From: a virus
Lineage: Duplodnaviria > Caudoviricetes
Length of the DNA: 64,000 bases
IMG/VR virus record: IMGVR_UViG_3300021167_000088
Coordinates: 1,699 to 65,698 of that record
Direction: 5' to 3' (one strand)
The position numbers were made by a program, and so were the translations under genes. The notes under the pieces are model-generated. The model searched no databases and had not been told where the DNA came from. It saw only the letters and a program-made list of their open reading frames with translations. The number at the start of each line of letters is the position of its first letter. Within the stretch, counting starts at the first letter, position 1. Positions 1-10,826 of the stretch are shown here, in pieces.

Positions 1-2
1 TG

Positions 3-2279
3 GCGTCGAAGTACGGCACCACGGGTGCGACACCGACTGTTCAGGCCGCGCCACAACCAGCCCCGCAACCTGTCGCTCAGCCGGCACGACCAACCGGCAT
101 GTTCGCCGGTCTGAAGGCCGCACTCGACCCGGAGCGCCGGATGCGTGCCGCAGGACTTGCCGCTGGCGGCATCGTGCGCGGCCCAGGCGGTCCGACGGAT
201 GACAAAGTGCCGATGACTATTGGCGGTGTGGATGTGAACCTGTCGAACAAGGAAGCCGTGCTGCCGGTCAAGTCGGTCGAAGCCTTCGGTGGCCCCAAGG
301 CCGTCGAGGACTTCATCGAACAGACGAATGGTAAGCCGCCGGTGAAGTCCGGTCTGCGGGCCGGGGGTGAGTACGGCGACGGCACCGTGAACTGGCGCAC
401 ACCGAACGCTGATATGAAGCTGCCTATTCCGGCTGGCCCACCGCCAATCGAACCGGGTGCCATCGAAGGTGACTTTACTCGCATCCCTGAAGCGGGCACT
501 CAGGTCGCAACGGTTGAGGGTGCGGGCGCCCGCTCTATTCCTCCGACCGACACAGTGTCCAATGTCCGCCCCGTTGTCCGCCCGACGGGGCAACCATTGC
601 CGCCTGCAGCCTCGGCTGCCGAGCAGTTTGGTCGCAACGCTGCGCGAACCCACACCGCCATGGGTGGTGCCAATGGTATCGCCAAGGCCGGACTCGGTGT
701 GGCGGGCAAGGCTTTGTACAACCTACCTGCTGTAGCCGCAGCCGTCGATACCACGGGTGAGGACGCCATCAAGGTCGGTGAGTTCACCGACGGCGACCAC
801 GGGCGCGACCTCACCACAGCTAAGGGTTGGACTGACAGCGCAAAGCAGCTCGGCCTTCGCGCCGGCGACTGGGGCACCAAGGGCGCAGACATGCTCATGG
901 ATCTCCCACTGGCAGGTTTGAATGCGCTAGGAGCGAAGTCAGACGGCAAGCCGCTTGAATACGGGCTGCTGAACAAGACCTTCCGTCAAGGGATGCGCGA
1001 CTCCAACATCGAAGGCGCTGTCATCCCGCGCTCGTCCTCTGAGCGTGAGATGGATGGTGCCGAGGCCCGTGCTGAATCTGCGCGTATGCACAAGGCCCAC
1101 GCCAACAAAGACGGCAACATGGGCTCGGTTGTGGATCAAGCAGCCCTCGACGCACTCAAGGCACAGACAGCTACGAAGAAGACTGCAGAAGCTAATGCTG
1201 TAGGTCTGAAGGCTGGCAATCAGGCAAACCAGAATCACCGCTTTGAAGCCGTGACACGGGGCGACACCGCAGCTTCAGAGGCTATGGGTGATGTAGCTGA
1301 CAAACTGACAGGTGTGTCACGGTCAAGCAACCAAGGTCTTCGTGGCATGGCGCAGCGCTTCGATGCCTACAAGAATGACCCGTCGGCACTTGCAGCGCGC
1401 AATGCGCAGATGCAGCTTCGTGGCGACGGCACACGGTTCGCCCGCAAACCCGACAGCTCGCTGGAAATCAACAATTCCGGCGACTTCGACGGTTCGACCA
1501 AGATGGCCTACACCGACAAGAACGGCAACCCGACAGCCATTCATGAAGGCAGCCGGGAAAATCTACGGGGTATCGCCGACGCTAAGGGGTTGCGCAATCA
1601 GTTGGCCAATATGGAGCAGATGCGTCTCGAACGTAACGCAGACGAGAACATCACTGATGTTGGTCTGCGCACCCGCTCGCAGGCTACTCTGGACACACAG
1701 GCCAAGAACAACGCAGCCCTCGCGGCCAAGGCACCTAACTGGCTGGATGTCGAGAAGCACAAGCTGGACTTGGCGAAGTTCGATAACGACAAGAGCAACG
1801 TCGAGCAGCTCCAAGGCAACAACGTGCGCGACTTCCGAGCCAGCCAGTCTGACAAGGTCAACAAGCGCGTCGACCAGATGCTTGATACCCATGTTCCTAC
1901 AGCCGGTCTGAAGGATGACGACCTCAAGGTCGCTCAAGCACGTCGCGCCGATATGCAAGAGGCCATGTACTCGATATTCGGCCAGAACATGCCGCAGGAC
2001 GACGCCTCGCTCAACAAGTCCATGCCGCAGATGGTCGAGCAGGCCAAGACATCTCTGGCTATCCGTGACGCCATCAAGAACCGCGGTCTGTGGAACAAGA
2101 TCAGCAACATCGGCACTGACCCATGGACAACGCTCCACGGTGCCAAGATCGACATCACAGGCAAGAACATCCGGTTCGCCAACGGCTTCACGATCCCGGT
2201 CGACGATGTGGTGAAGGACGGAAACGCCAAGAGCGCCGACATCCTCGCTGCACTGACAGCCCGTACAGCAAAACAATAA
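3..2279 (+). CDS. Internal virion/ejection-type protein, 5' end runs off the window
   Basis: Frame is open from base 3 (ASKYGTTGATPTVQAAPQP...) through the track ORF 99..2279; bases 1-2 (tg) could be the end of an ATG. GGIVRGPGGPTDDKVP...LSNKEAV motif resembles a common phage virion-protein motif; Ala/Gly-rich; immediately upstream of the giant virion gene. Confidence 0.6.
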   Translation, partial: ASKYGTTGATPTVQAAPQPAPQPVAQPARPTGMFAGLKAALDPERRMRAAGLAAGGIVRGPGGPTDDKVPMTIGGVDVNLSNKEAVLPVKSVEAFGGPKAVEDFIEQTNGKPPVKSGLRAGGEYGDGTVNWRTPNADMKLPIPAGPPPIEPGAIEGDFTRIPEAGTQVATVEGAGARSIPPTDTVSNVRPVVRPTGQPLPPAASAAEQFGRNAARTHTAMGGANGIAKAGLGVAGKALYNLPAVAAAVDTTGEDAIKVGEFTDGDHGRDLTTAKGWTDSAKQLGLRAGDWGTKGADMLMDLPLAGLNALGAKSDGKPLEYGLLNKTFRQGMRDSNIEGAVIPRSSSEREMDGAEARAESARMHKAHANKDGNMGSVVDQAALDALKAQTATKKTAEANAVGLKAGNQANQNHRFEAVTRGDTAASEAMGDVADKLTGVSRSSNQGLRGMAQRFDAYKNDPSALAARNAQMQLRGDGTRFARKPDSSLEINNSGDFDGSTKMAYTDKNGNPTAIHEGSRENLRGIADAKGLRNQLANMEQMRLERNADENITDVGLRTRSQATLDTQAKNNAALAAKAPNWLDVEKHKLDLAKFDNDKSNVEQLQGNNVRDFRASQSDKVNKRVDQMLDTHVPTAGLKDDDLKVAQARRADMQEAMYSIFGQNMPQDDASLNKSMPQMVEQAKTSLAIRDAIKNRGLWNKISNIGTDPWTTLHGAKIDITGKNIRFANGFTIPVDDVVKDGNAKSADILAALTARTAKQ

Positions 2280-2288
2280 GGACACGCA

Positions 2289-5200
2289 ATGCCGCTTCCG
2301 CTCACGCTAGGCCAACCCGATCAAACTCTTCCAATGAACGTAGACCGCGAAGGTCTGCGTGCAGCGGCAGGGTACGAGATCGACAACAGCTCGCAGTTCA
2401 ATCGCGGCTGGCAGTCTGCCGGTATGGGCGAAGATGCCAACGCCCTGATGTCGAAGGCGCTGTGGGCCAAGCGCCAAGGCGACGAGGTCAATGGCTCAGT
2501 CTATGAGCAGCAAGCGCGTGACCTGATGGCGCAGTCGCAGCAGTGGGCACCGACGGTTCAGAACATGACCGACGTAACCGGGTTGCGCTCGGGCATGGAC
2601 TGGATGGGCGGCGCGATGGGTAACATGCGCTCCTCCCTCATGCCTGCTGTGGGTAGCGTTGGCGGCGGTATCGTTGGAGGCGTGGGAGGTTACCTTGCCG
2701 GTGGTGCGAAGGGTGCCGCCACAGGTGCTCGCTACGGTGCCGGCATCGGCGCAGGTCTGCTCGGCGGCAAGACCGAGTACGACGAGGCTGTGTCGAACGC
2801 CATGATGGACCCCGGTGTTCGCGCCAACAAAAGCTACGACGAGATCAACAACGCCGCCATGGTCAAGGGTGGCATCAATGCGGGACTTGAAAGCCTTGTG
2901 CCGATGGGCATGGCTAAGAGCGTGTTTGGCATGGCCGGTAAGCAGGCGCTCAAGCAGGCGGCTGAACGTGGTCTGGTCAAGACGCTGGGCAAGGAAGTCT
3001 CCAAGAACGCCGCCGAAGAATTCGCCACAGAGTTCGCACAGAGCCTTGTCGGCCAAGGTGCTCAGAATTCGCTGCAAGACAACGACATTACCGACTTCGA
3101 CTACAAGCAGGCACTGAACGAAGGTGCTGCCGGCGCAGTTGCCGGCGGTGGCATGGGTGCCGTGGGTGGCGCCGCAGATGTCCTGCACTCGAAGCTAAAC
3201 AGCGGCGTCGAGAAGGCCAAGGACGTAGTCACCCACCCGCTTGAAACTGTGACCGACGCCATTGCTGGCGCGGGCAACATCGTCGGCAAGGGTCTGGGTG
3301 CTGGGCAGAACGCCATGCGCAATCAGGCCGACAAGGCTGAAGCCGAACGCGCCGGTATGCCGCTGGACATGTACCAGAGCCAGAAGTACGGCGACGAGAA
3401 AACCAAGGCAATCTGGGACAAGATGTACGAAGCTGCTGGTCGTGAGCGCGACAGCACCTCGGCCTTCACCGACGAGGAATTGAAGCAGAAGCCCGAAGAC
3501 CTGATCGCTGGCGCCAAGAATCAAGCCGCCAAGGATGCGGACAAGATTCTCGATCCGAGCAACCACCCGCGTGACTACAAGAACGCCGAGGTTGAGGCTG
3601 CTCACGAGTTCCGCCGCACGGGTGACGAGCTGACGTTCCGCACCAAGCTGGCAGCTGCACGCAAGGACAACAAAGCGAAGGACGCCGCAGACAGCTTCGA
3701 TGCTGCCTTGAACGGCAAGAAGAAGTCGAAGATGCAGGCCGAGTTTACCGACGACCAAGGCAACCAGATAAACGGCCCCGGTCTGTTCGACGATGACATC
3801 ACTGACGATCAAGGTAACGTCGTCAGCGGTGCTCAAGCCATGTACGGTTCGACTACCAACAAGGATGGCAGCACCACACCGAACGCCGCGCCACGCGCAC
3901 CAGCCAAGACAGTCGAAGCCTCTGACCCGAACACCAACAGCTACGGTGCTGGGGTCAAGCGCACCATAACGCCGGGTGAGCGTGAGCAGACCGCTGCGCT
4001 GAAGTCCCTGATCCCTGAAGGGCCAGAAGGCAAGTTCCGCACTGACCTTGGCGACAAGATGCGTGTCGAGAAGCAGGACAAGACTGTCAAGCTGGCGAGC
4101 ATCCTGCGCAAGCAAGGTGTCGACGAGAAGATCCTCGACGCCGCTGAGAACCACGGCACCGAAGACCACCAGCTCCGCACGGTGACCTCGCTGCTGACAT
4201 GGATCAACGACGGCATGGACACGAGCGGTAAAGCCCTGCAGGCGATGGTCGAGATGCACGGCAAGAAGGCTGGTAAGCTGTTCAAGAAGGCGTACGAGAT
4301 GGCTGTGCACGAAGGGCTGGCCAAGCCTGACGAGCGTGCTGTTGCCATTGCTGCGAAGCTGGAGCGTCTGCACAAGGACAGCAGCAATCTGAACGAGACC
4401 ATCGACAAGTCGATGTCTCACATCTTCCGCGCCTCGCTCACACAGGCGAACATTCCGGAGGCCGTCAAGCATCTGGCCGAGCTGGTCAAGCACGTTGCCA
4501 AGCACGGCACAACGGCCAAGCAGGAGCAGGGCCTGTTGACCGTGTTCGGCACGAAGGAAAACATCGCCAAGGTGTTCTCCAAGGTGCCCACCCCGACGAG
4601 CGAGTCCAAAGCCACTCGCGCCGGTGAGACCGGTATCGAAGGCGAGCTGGGTATCGGTGAAGACGGCGAGCTGAGCTACAGCGAGGCGACGGGTGAGTCC
4701 TACGGCTCCGGCGAGCGCACCATCGACCCGACGGAGAAGAAGACAACCTTGATGGGTGTCGGCCCGAAGGATCAGCCGAAACCCTACGACCTCGGTAACT
4801 TTGAAGGCACCCGTGAGCGCATGGACAAGCTCACCGGCTCGTACGCCAACGTGCAGGGTACGACAACCCGCGAGGTTGGTATCTGGACACTGGCCAAGGA
4901 AGACTTGGCCGGTAGCCCCGAGGAAATCGAGCAGGCTGGCGAGGATATGATTCAGCAGTACGTGCCCAAGCTGACACACAGCGGCAAGTACGCAGGGCTG
5001 ATTCAAGATGTCGCCACCGGCTTCAAGGACATCGGCGATGTGAGCGTGCGCCAGAAGGCCATCCTGCTGAGCCTGATCAACAAGCAGTTCAAATACATCC
5101 AAGTGGACTCTGTCGAAGCTGACGCTGACCCGCGTCAAATCGACAACGTGCAGTCGTACAAGTACGAGCTGAAGCAAGGTGAGAAAGTCACCGACCTGAC

Positions 5201-8200
5201 GGCTGCCAAGGGCTTCATCTTCCTTGAGCGCAACTACAACGGCAAGACCTCGTCGTTCCCGGTGCAGACCAGCCGGCTGCTGACAGCCGATGCGCTGAAA
5301 GCCTCGAACACAGAGAACGCCGACCGTACGAGCGAGTGGCAAGGCAAGGGTGCCAAGGGTGTCTACGAGAACGTCCTGTACAACCTGTCGAACCTGATCG
5401 GTTCCAAAGACGACTTCACGGGCCGCGTCGGCTACCGCACTGAAGACGGCGCACTACACTGGCTGAAGGATGGCACTAAGCTCGACCGCGAGTTCAAGCT
5501 GACGAGCGTCAACGGCGACACAACCACGGCTGACCTGCTGCCGGCCAACATGAAGCTCGGCAAGCACGTCACGGTGGCCGACGCTCGCGCACAGCACACG
5601 AAGGAGCTTGAAGCTGAGCATGGTGAGCGTGAGGAAGAGTTCACCAAGACCTATAATATCCCGTTCGCAGGCAACTTCAAGGCGACGCGCCAAGTGCTGA
5701 TCAACCTCGGCGTTGAGATCAAAGCGAATCTGGACGCGCTTGAGACAGAGAAAGAAAAGTCCCGTGAAGAACGCCACATCATCAAGACCCTGAAGATCGG
5801 TGAGATTGGTGACAGTGAATATGGCCCTGTCGTTCTAGTCAGCCCACTCAAAGCGCTGCGTGACGCGCTGAAGGCTGGCCCGCGCCAAGTGAACGCCGTC
5901 TACACAATGCTGCGCAACCACTACGACGGCGCTGTATCTGACTTCGGCGGCACACCGGGCGGTGGCCTGCGCGTCACACCGAAGATTTCAAAGTACAAGC
6001 AGAACGCGCTCAACAAGGCTGAGAAAGAACACCAGAAGTTGAGCAGCGAGTACAACGTCAAGCCGACGCGAGCGTTGGCAAGCCAGTTGACCAAGCTGGA
6101 AACGCTTATCGCGAAGCTGAAGACACCTTTCGCCCCGGCTAAGCGCATGGGCTTTACCGACACAGAACAACTGAATGACCGCAAGCGCAAGAGCCAGAAG
6201 TCCGACGAGACTGATGACCCGACGCGTGGCAGCAACGAGGATGTGAAGGGTACGCTGCGTGCCGATACGCCGGCAGGTACGAAGGGTATCAACCGCGACG
6301 CAAACGGTGACGCAACGGGTCTCGGTGTAGATGCCCAGTTCGGCGCTGTCGGTGGCAAGGGCGGCGTGACGCAGAAGCCGACCATCGCTTCTGGAAACAT
6401 ACGAGACTACAAAGGTGTAACTACCCCGGCGATGCGGGTCGAGTTCGAGGAAGCTCGCAAGCGTAACGCGGCTGAGATAACAGCAAAGACAAAGACATTC
6501 CCGGCTGTCGACGGCGAAGTGAAGCCACTCAGCAAAGTGCTGCCGCGTGGCGTGGTTCAGAAGGGTGCAGCGAACGAGGTGCAGAGCGCCGGGCGACCGG
6601 CTGCAGGTAATCAGGCTGGCCCGCAGGCACAGAGCAAGACCGAGTCACCTCGCGGATTGACCAAAGAAGAAGTCGAAGCTATAAGCAACTTCGAGTCCGC
6701 CCAAGCATGGGTGCTGAACCTGCTGCGAGCCGGTGACCTGAAGCTCGCCGAGGCTTACAAGACAATGCCGAAGGAGCTTATCGAAACATTCAACGTGGCT
6801 GTGTACGGTGACGCCGCTCACCCCACGGGTCTGGACAAGATCAGCTCAGTCGGCTTCAAGAACAACCTGCGCCTTGACACCATTGAGCAGGGCCGGGCAA
6901 TGTGGAAGCGTCTGCGTACCAACCTCGAAGAGATTCAGCGTAACATTGCTGAATCAAACGGCGAGGTGCGCGATGCTGGTAAGCCAACAAGTGGTGGAGG
7001 AAATGCTTCTGTCCAACGATCTGCAGCTACAGAGGGACGCGCTGCAAATGATACACAGGGGGCACGCACCGCTGCCGTCGTGGGGAACGAGCAAGCCTCC
7101 GCAGGAACTAGTGGACAAAGCACGAGCGCTTCGAGCGCTGGAGTGGCTAAAGAAACAGAAGTCACCTTCAACATAGGGAAGAACTTCAAGCAGTTCAAGT
7201 TTGCCAAGTACAGCCCGAGCGAGGCCGCGAAGAAGCGTGCCAAGCCGGTACGTCGTGACCCGAATGAGCCGACACCTCCGAAGCTGAGCAACCCGCTCAG
7301 TCTGATCAAGAAGCTCGGCGGCATCGACCCGAAGTACGCCCTAGACCTGACAGGTGAGCGGGCCTACATCGCCAGCCAGAAGCACCCCGGTGTCTTCCGT
7401 GTGGGTGGCCTGAGCGACGACGGCGTGCGTGAAGCCTTGCACGACGCTCATTGGATCAGCGACAGCATCGAAGAAGCCCGTGAGCTGATCAGCTCCGTCT
7501 ATCGTGGCGAGGAAGTTGTTCACCCGAACGAAGTCGCTGACCTGAAGGACTGGGAAGAAGCGATGCACGAGTATGACCGTGAGAAGCACGCAGCCTCGCT
7601 CGACTTCGACGGTGTGCGTGAGTCTAAGGAAAAGGGCGAGAAGCAGTCCAAGGGGAAGCTGCACGAAGATGTCGCCAGTGCCAAGGAACACATCCTGAAG
7701 ACGCTCGGCACCAAGATCGCTACGGAGTTCAAGCGCCGCTTTGCCGATGGAACATCCGGTGAGTGGGAGCCGGGTCAGGTGATGAACACGATCCGCATCG
7801 CCCTGAACGGCAACGTGATGGGCACGGCCTTCCACGAGAGCTTCCACGAGTTCATGGACATTCTCAAGAAGAACGATGGTGGCAAAGTCATTGCCCTGCT
7901 TGAGCGTGCAGCCATGAACCCGATCATGCAACGCCGTCTTGAACGTGCGCTGGACGGTCACCCAGAAGCCATCGCCCAGTTGAAAGACCCGTCGGAAGCA
8001 GTCGCCTTCATGTACCAATTCTGGTCGATGAACCCGACGACCTTCAAGGTAGGCCCAGAGACAAAGACCGCATTCCAGAGCATCAAGGACTTCTTCAAGG
8101 ACATCGCAGGCTTCTTCTCCGAGACCTTCCGCAAGGCCAACGAGGAGCGCAAGAAGAGCGAGATGGAGGCGTACAGCGCCGAGCAAGTCATGCGTGCCTT

Positions 8201-10562
8201 TAGCAACGGTGCCGTGGCTGACGACTCCATGCGCAAGGCCGTGGTCGAGGCACTGAACAAGACAGTTGAAGCGCATGAGAAGGCTGTCGAGAACGTCGGC
8301 AGCGCCTTCCGTACTTTGACGAACACGGCTGGTAAGCTGGTGTTCTCTGCCGAGGCCATGATGGACGCGACAGGCAACAGCTTCATCGCTGACATCGCCC
8401 GTCTGTTCCACCAGAAGGCTGGCACTGCCAAGGGCGCGACACAAGCCTACTCGGACGGCCTGCGCCAGATGACGGCTGTCTACATGAACAAGCTCGAAAA
8501 CATCCTGATGAACTACAGCAAGGAAGACACCGAGCTTGCCCGTAAGGCCATGGCGTCAGGCACGAAGGCCACAGACCGCATAGCGAAGAAGCTGCAAGGT
8601 GAGATAGGTCAGTTCTTCGAGGAGATGGCTCAGTACGTCAAGGACAACGACGTGCGCCGCCTTGAGTACGGCCCGAACGGTGAGCACCTGTGGCGCAAGA
8701 TTGAGATGCGCGCCGACTACTTCCCGCAGGTATGGAGCACCCAAGCTGTCGAGGAAGACGTTGAAGGCTTCAACAAGCTGCTGCTTGAGAAGCACATGGA
8801 CAAGTTGGAGTTCCTTGCCAAGCAGGCGAACCAAGAGGTAGCGAACAAGGCCATCAATGATGCAGCCGGTGAGCGCAGCGCCCCGCTCAAGGGTGCCTCG
8901 GCTGCCGAGATGAAGAAGGGTACGGCTGACCGCAAGACCATCACACCTGAGATGATCGCTGACGCTATCACAACGCGCCTGCTGAACTCGCAGGGCCACA
9001 TCGAGATGGACGAAGATGTAAGCGCCCTCGGTATCACACCAGCAGCCACGGCAGTCAATCGTCGCGAGCTGGACTGGCTGGATAAGGATGCCTTCGACAA
9101 GTTCAAGGAGAAGGACGTTACCCGCATCCTCTCGGCCTACACCCGCAACATGGTGCGTCGCGCTGAGTACCAGAAGCGCTTCGGCTACGGTGGCGAGAAG
9201 CTGCGCGAGATGGTTGACAAGGCCGTGTTGCAGGAGATGGGTGGCGCTGATCTGATCAAGCAGGCCGAAGATGCCACGCCCGATGAGATCCGCGCTTGGA
9301 AGGCACGCAAGGCAGAAGCCCTCACAGCAGGTGACGAGTTCACCGAGCCGTACCCTACACTGCGCTCTGTGGGTATTGGGATGCATGTTGGCAAGCACGG
9401 TGCGAAGGGCGAGGCTGATCATGCCGCGGCTGTCGCCAAGCTGGAGCAAAGCTTCAAGGCGATTCAGGCCATGGAAGGCACACTGGGCAGCGACATCTCT
9501 GCCAGCGCACGAGCTGCGAATAGCTGGCTGGTGACCTACCAGAACTTCCGCACCCTCTCGATGATGTTGTTCACGAGCTTCCAAGACGTGATGGGCATGG
9601 TGCGTGAGGGAGGTGAGATGGGCGATGCGTGGACAGCTTTTGTAAGCGGTATCCGCGAGATCAAAAGCACCATTACAAACAAGAAGACACCCAGCGAGAT
9701 GATGGAACGCGCTGAATTCTGGGGTGCTGTGGATGCTGGCAGCTTCCTTGACAGCCTCGGTGAAGCCTATGGCTCTGTGTTCATGACAGGCAAGGCCAAG
9801 AAAATGTCAGACGCCTTCTTCAAGTACACAGGGGCTGAAGGCTGGAACCGCGGTGTACGCGCCGTGGCCTCACAGGTGGCTGAGCGCATCATCACCGAGT
9901 GGAAGCGTGACGGCGTCGATCCAAAAGACCTCGCAGTGAAAGCCCGTGTCGAACGCCTATTCGGTGAAGGTTTCAACGTCGCCAACATCAAGCTCGATGC
10001 GCAGGGGCGTCTGGACATCACAGATGCTGCGAACCAAGCAGCGGTGACCCGCTGGGTGCTCGACGCTGTACCTGCGCCTACCGCTGCGCACCGTCCGATC
10101 TGGGGCAGCGACCCGCACTTCCAGACCTTCATGCACTTGAAGAACTACACCTACACCTTCCACCGTGTTGCCATGAAGGGCGCTGTCGAACAGGCCAAGT
10201 TGGGCAACTACCGCCCGGCCCTAGTGCTCGCACTGGGCTACGCACCAATCGCTATCGCGGGTGGGGCCATCAAGGAGATGCTGATCCCCGGTGACGAGCC
10301 GCCTTGGATGAAGGGTGGTCTGGACGGCTACCTTCAGTACGGTTGGGATCGTGCCGGCGTGCTAGGTGTGCCGCAGATGTACGCCAACAGCCTGTTCGAT
10401 CTAGACCCTGCCGCGGTATTCGGGCCAACCGTGGATCAGGTGCAGAACGCGCTGTCGATCCCACTGATGGACAACCACTCAGCTATTGGCGAAAGCCTTG
10501 GCGCACTGCCGGGAGGCAACCTATTGAAGCGCTTGGAGCGGATTGGTAGCACAGGCAAGTAA
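2289..10562 (+). CDS. Giant (2757 aa) internal virion/DNA ejection protein with zincin-like HExxH motif
   Basis: Uninterrupted ORF, last gene of the late arm; Gly-rich hydrophobic N-terminal stretch (VGSVGGGIVGGVGGYLAGG); GTAFHESFHEF at 7833-7847; helical C-terminal region like podoviral ejection proteins. Confidence 0.7.
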   Translation: MPLPLTLGQPDQTLPMNVDREGLRAAAGYEIDNSSQFNRGWQSAGMGEDANALMSKALWAKRQGDEVNGSVYEQQARDLMAQSQQWAPTVQNMTDVTGLRSGMDWMGGAMGNMRSSLMPAVGSVGGGIVGGVGGYLAGGAKGAATGARYGAGIGAGLLGGKTEYDEAVSNAMMDPGVRANKSYDEINNAAMVKGGINAGLESLVPMGMAKSVFGMAGKQALKQAAERGLVKTLGKEVSKNAAEEFATEFAQSLVGQGAQNSLQDNDITDFDYKQALNEGAAGAVAGGGMGAVGGAADVLHSKLNSGVEKAKDVVTHPLETVTDAIAGAGNIVGKGLGAGQNAMRNQADKAEAERAGMPLDMYQSQKYGDEKTKAIWDKMYEAAGRERDSTSAFTDEELKQKPEDLIAGAKNQAAKDADKILDPSNHPRDYKNAEVEAAHEFRRTGDELTFRTKLAAARKDNKAKDAADSFDAALNGKKKSKMQAEFTDDQGNQINGPGLFDDDITDDQGNVVSGAQAMYGSTTNKDGSTTPNAAPRAPAKTVEASDPNTNSYGAGVKRTITPGEREQTAALKSLIPEGPEGKFRTDLGDKMRVEKQDKTVKLASILRKQGVDEKILDAAENHGTEDHQLRTVTSLLTWINDGMDTSGKALQAMVEMHGKKAGKLFKKAYEMAVHEGLAKPDERAVAIAAKLERLHKDSSNLNETIDKSMSHIFRASLTQANIPEAVKHLAELVKHVAKHGTTAKQEQGLLTVFGTKENIAKVFSKVPTPTSESKATRAGETGIEGELGIGEDGELSYSEATGESYGSGERTIDPTEKKTTLMGVGPKDQPKPYDLGNFEGTRERMDKLTGSYANVQGTTTREVGIWTLAKEDLAGSPEEIEQAGEDMIQQYVPKLTHSGKYAGLIQDVATGFKDIGDVSVRQKAILLSLINKQFKYIQVDSVEADADPRQIDNVQSYKYELKQGEKVTDLTAAKGFIFLERNYNGKTSSFPVQTSRLLTADALKASNTENADRTSEWQGKGAKGVYENVLYNLSNLIGSKDDFTGRVGYRTEDGALHWLKDGTKLDREFKLTSVNGDTTTADLLPANMKLGKHVTVADARAQHTKELEAEHGEREEEFTKTYNIPFAGNFKATRQVLINLGVEIKANLDALETEKEKSREERHIIKTLKIGEIGDSEYGPVVLVSPLKALRDALKAGPRQVNAVYTMLRNHYDGAVSDFGGTPGGGLRVTPKISKYKQNALNKAEKEHQKLSSEYNVKPTRALASQLTKLETLIAKLKTPFAPAKRMGFTDTEQLNDRKRKSQKSDETDDPTRGSNEDVKGTLRADTPAGTKGINRDANGDATGLGVDAQFGAVGGKGGVTQKPTIASGNIRDYKGVTTPAMRVEFEEARKRNAAEITAKTKTFPAVDGEVKPLSKVLPRGVVQKGAANEVQSAGRPAAGNQAGPQAQSKTESPRGLTKEEVEAISNFESAQAWVLNLLRAGDLKLAEAYKTMPKELIETFNVAVYGDAAHPTGLDKISSVGFKNNLRLDTIEQGRAMWKRLRTNLEEIQRNIAESNGEVRDAGKPTSGGGNASVQRSAATEGRAANDTQGARTAAVVGNEQASAGTSGQSTSASSAGVAKETEVTFNIGKNFKQFKFAKYSPSEAAKKRAKPVRRDPNEPTPPKLSNPLSLIKKLGGIDPKYALDLTGERAYIASQKHPGVFRVGGLSDDGVREALHDAHWISDSIEEARELISSVYRGEEVVHPNEVADLKDWEEAMHEYDREKHAASLDFDGVRESKEKGEKQSKGKLHEDVASAKEHILKTLGTKIATEFKRRFADGTSGEWEPGQVMNTIRIALNGNVMGTAFHESFHEFMDILKKNDGGKVIALLERAAMNPIMQRRLERALDGHPEAIAQLKDPSEAVAFMYQFWSMNPTTFKVGPETKTAFQSIKDFFKDIAGFFSETFRKANEERKKSEMEAYSAEQVMRAFSNGAVADDSMRKAVVEALNKTVEAHEKAVENVGSAFRTLTNTAGKLVFSAEAMMDATGNSFIADIARLFHQKAGTAKGATQAYSDGLRQMTAVYMNKLENILMNYSKEDTELARKAMASGTKATDRIAKKLQGEIGQFFEEMAQYVKDNDVRRLEYGPNGEHLWRKIEMRADYFPQVWSTQAVEEDVEGFNKLLLEKHMDKLEFLAKQANQEVANKAINDAAGERSAPLKGASAAEMKKGTADRKTITPEMIADAITTRLLNSQGHIEMDEDVSALGITPAATAVNRRELDWLDKDAFDKFKEKDVTRILSAYTRNMVRRAEYQKRFGYGGEKLREMVDKAVLQEMGGADLIKQAEDATPDEIRAWKARKAEALTAGDEFTEPYPTLRSVGIGMHVGKHGAKGEADHAAAVAKLEQSFKAIQAMEGTLGSDISASARAANSWLVTYQNFRTLSMMLFTSFQDVMGMVREGGEMGDAWTAFVSGIREIKSTITNKKTPSEMMERAEFWGAVDAGSFLDSLGEAYGSVFMTGKAKKMSDAFFKYTGAEGWNRGVRAVASQVAERIITEWKRDGVDPKDLAVKARVERLFGEGFNVANIKLDAQGRLDITDAANQAAVTRWVLDAVPAPTAAHRPIWGSDPHFQTFMHLKNYTYTFHRVAMKGAVEQAKLGNYRPALVLALGYAPIAIAGGAIKEMLIPGDEPPWMKGGLDGYLQYGWDRAGVLGVPQMYANSLFDLDPAAVFGPTVDQVQNALSIPLMDNHSAIGESLGALPGGNLLKRLERIGSTGK

Positions 10563-10624
10563 CGCAAAAGAGTATGTTTTCTCTGCCCTGAAATTTCGGT
10601 CAAATGGATCAAAGTTTTATCCAT

Positions 10625-10727
10625 TTGCCTAAATAATAGGCAACTATGCCAAATGGTTCCTTACAATACTTACACGAAACTTACAGTGTAAGGTTCGTGT
10701 AAGAAAACTGCCTAAATAATAGGCAAC
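10625..10727. promoter_or_regulatory. Pair of palindromic operator-like sites flanking a near-perfect 35-bp inverted repeat
   Basis: tgcctaaataataggcaac at 10626-10644 and 10709-10727 (TGCCTA-N5-TAGGCA dyad); cttacacgaaacttacagtgtaaggttcgtgtaag at 10669-10703 is almost self-complementary. Confidence 0.55.
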
Positions 10728-10731
10728 AATT

Positions 10732-10826
10732 TCGGGACATTTGGGACAATTGGTACAAACTTCGGTACAGCGAAAACCGTTGGTATGACTGGCTTTAGGT
10801 GCTATTTGTACCGAATGTACCAATAT
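10732..10826. repeat. GG(T/G)ACA iteron-like cluster 1 (ori-like or integrase arm-type sites)
   Basis: Four ~10-bp direct repeats (ttcgggacat ttgggacaat tggtacaaac ttcggtacag), then two inverted copies (tgtaccgaatgtacc), then an AT-rich tract; two more copies near 10950-10966. Confidence 0.6.

Noticed and set aside
1480-7615. Virion RNA polymerase suggested by DFDG strings (GDFDGS in the 726-aa protein, LDFDGV in the giant protein)
   Set aside because: Neither has the third Asp of DFDGD, and no single-subunit RNAP motifs were recognised.
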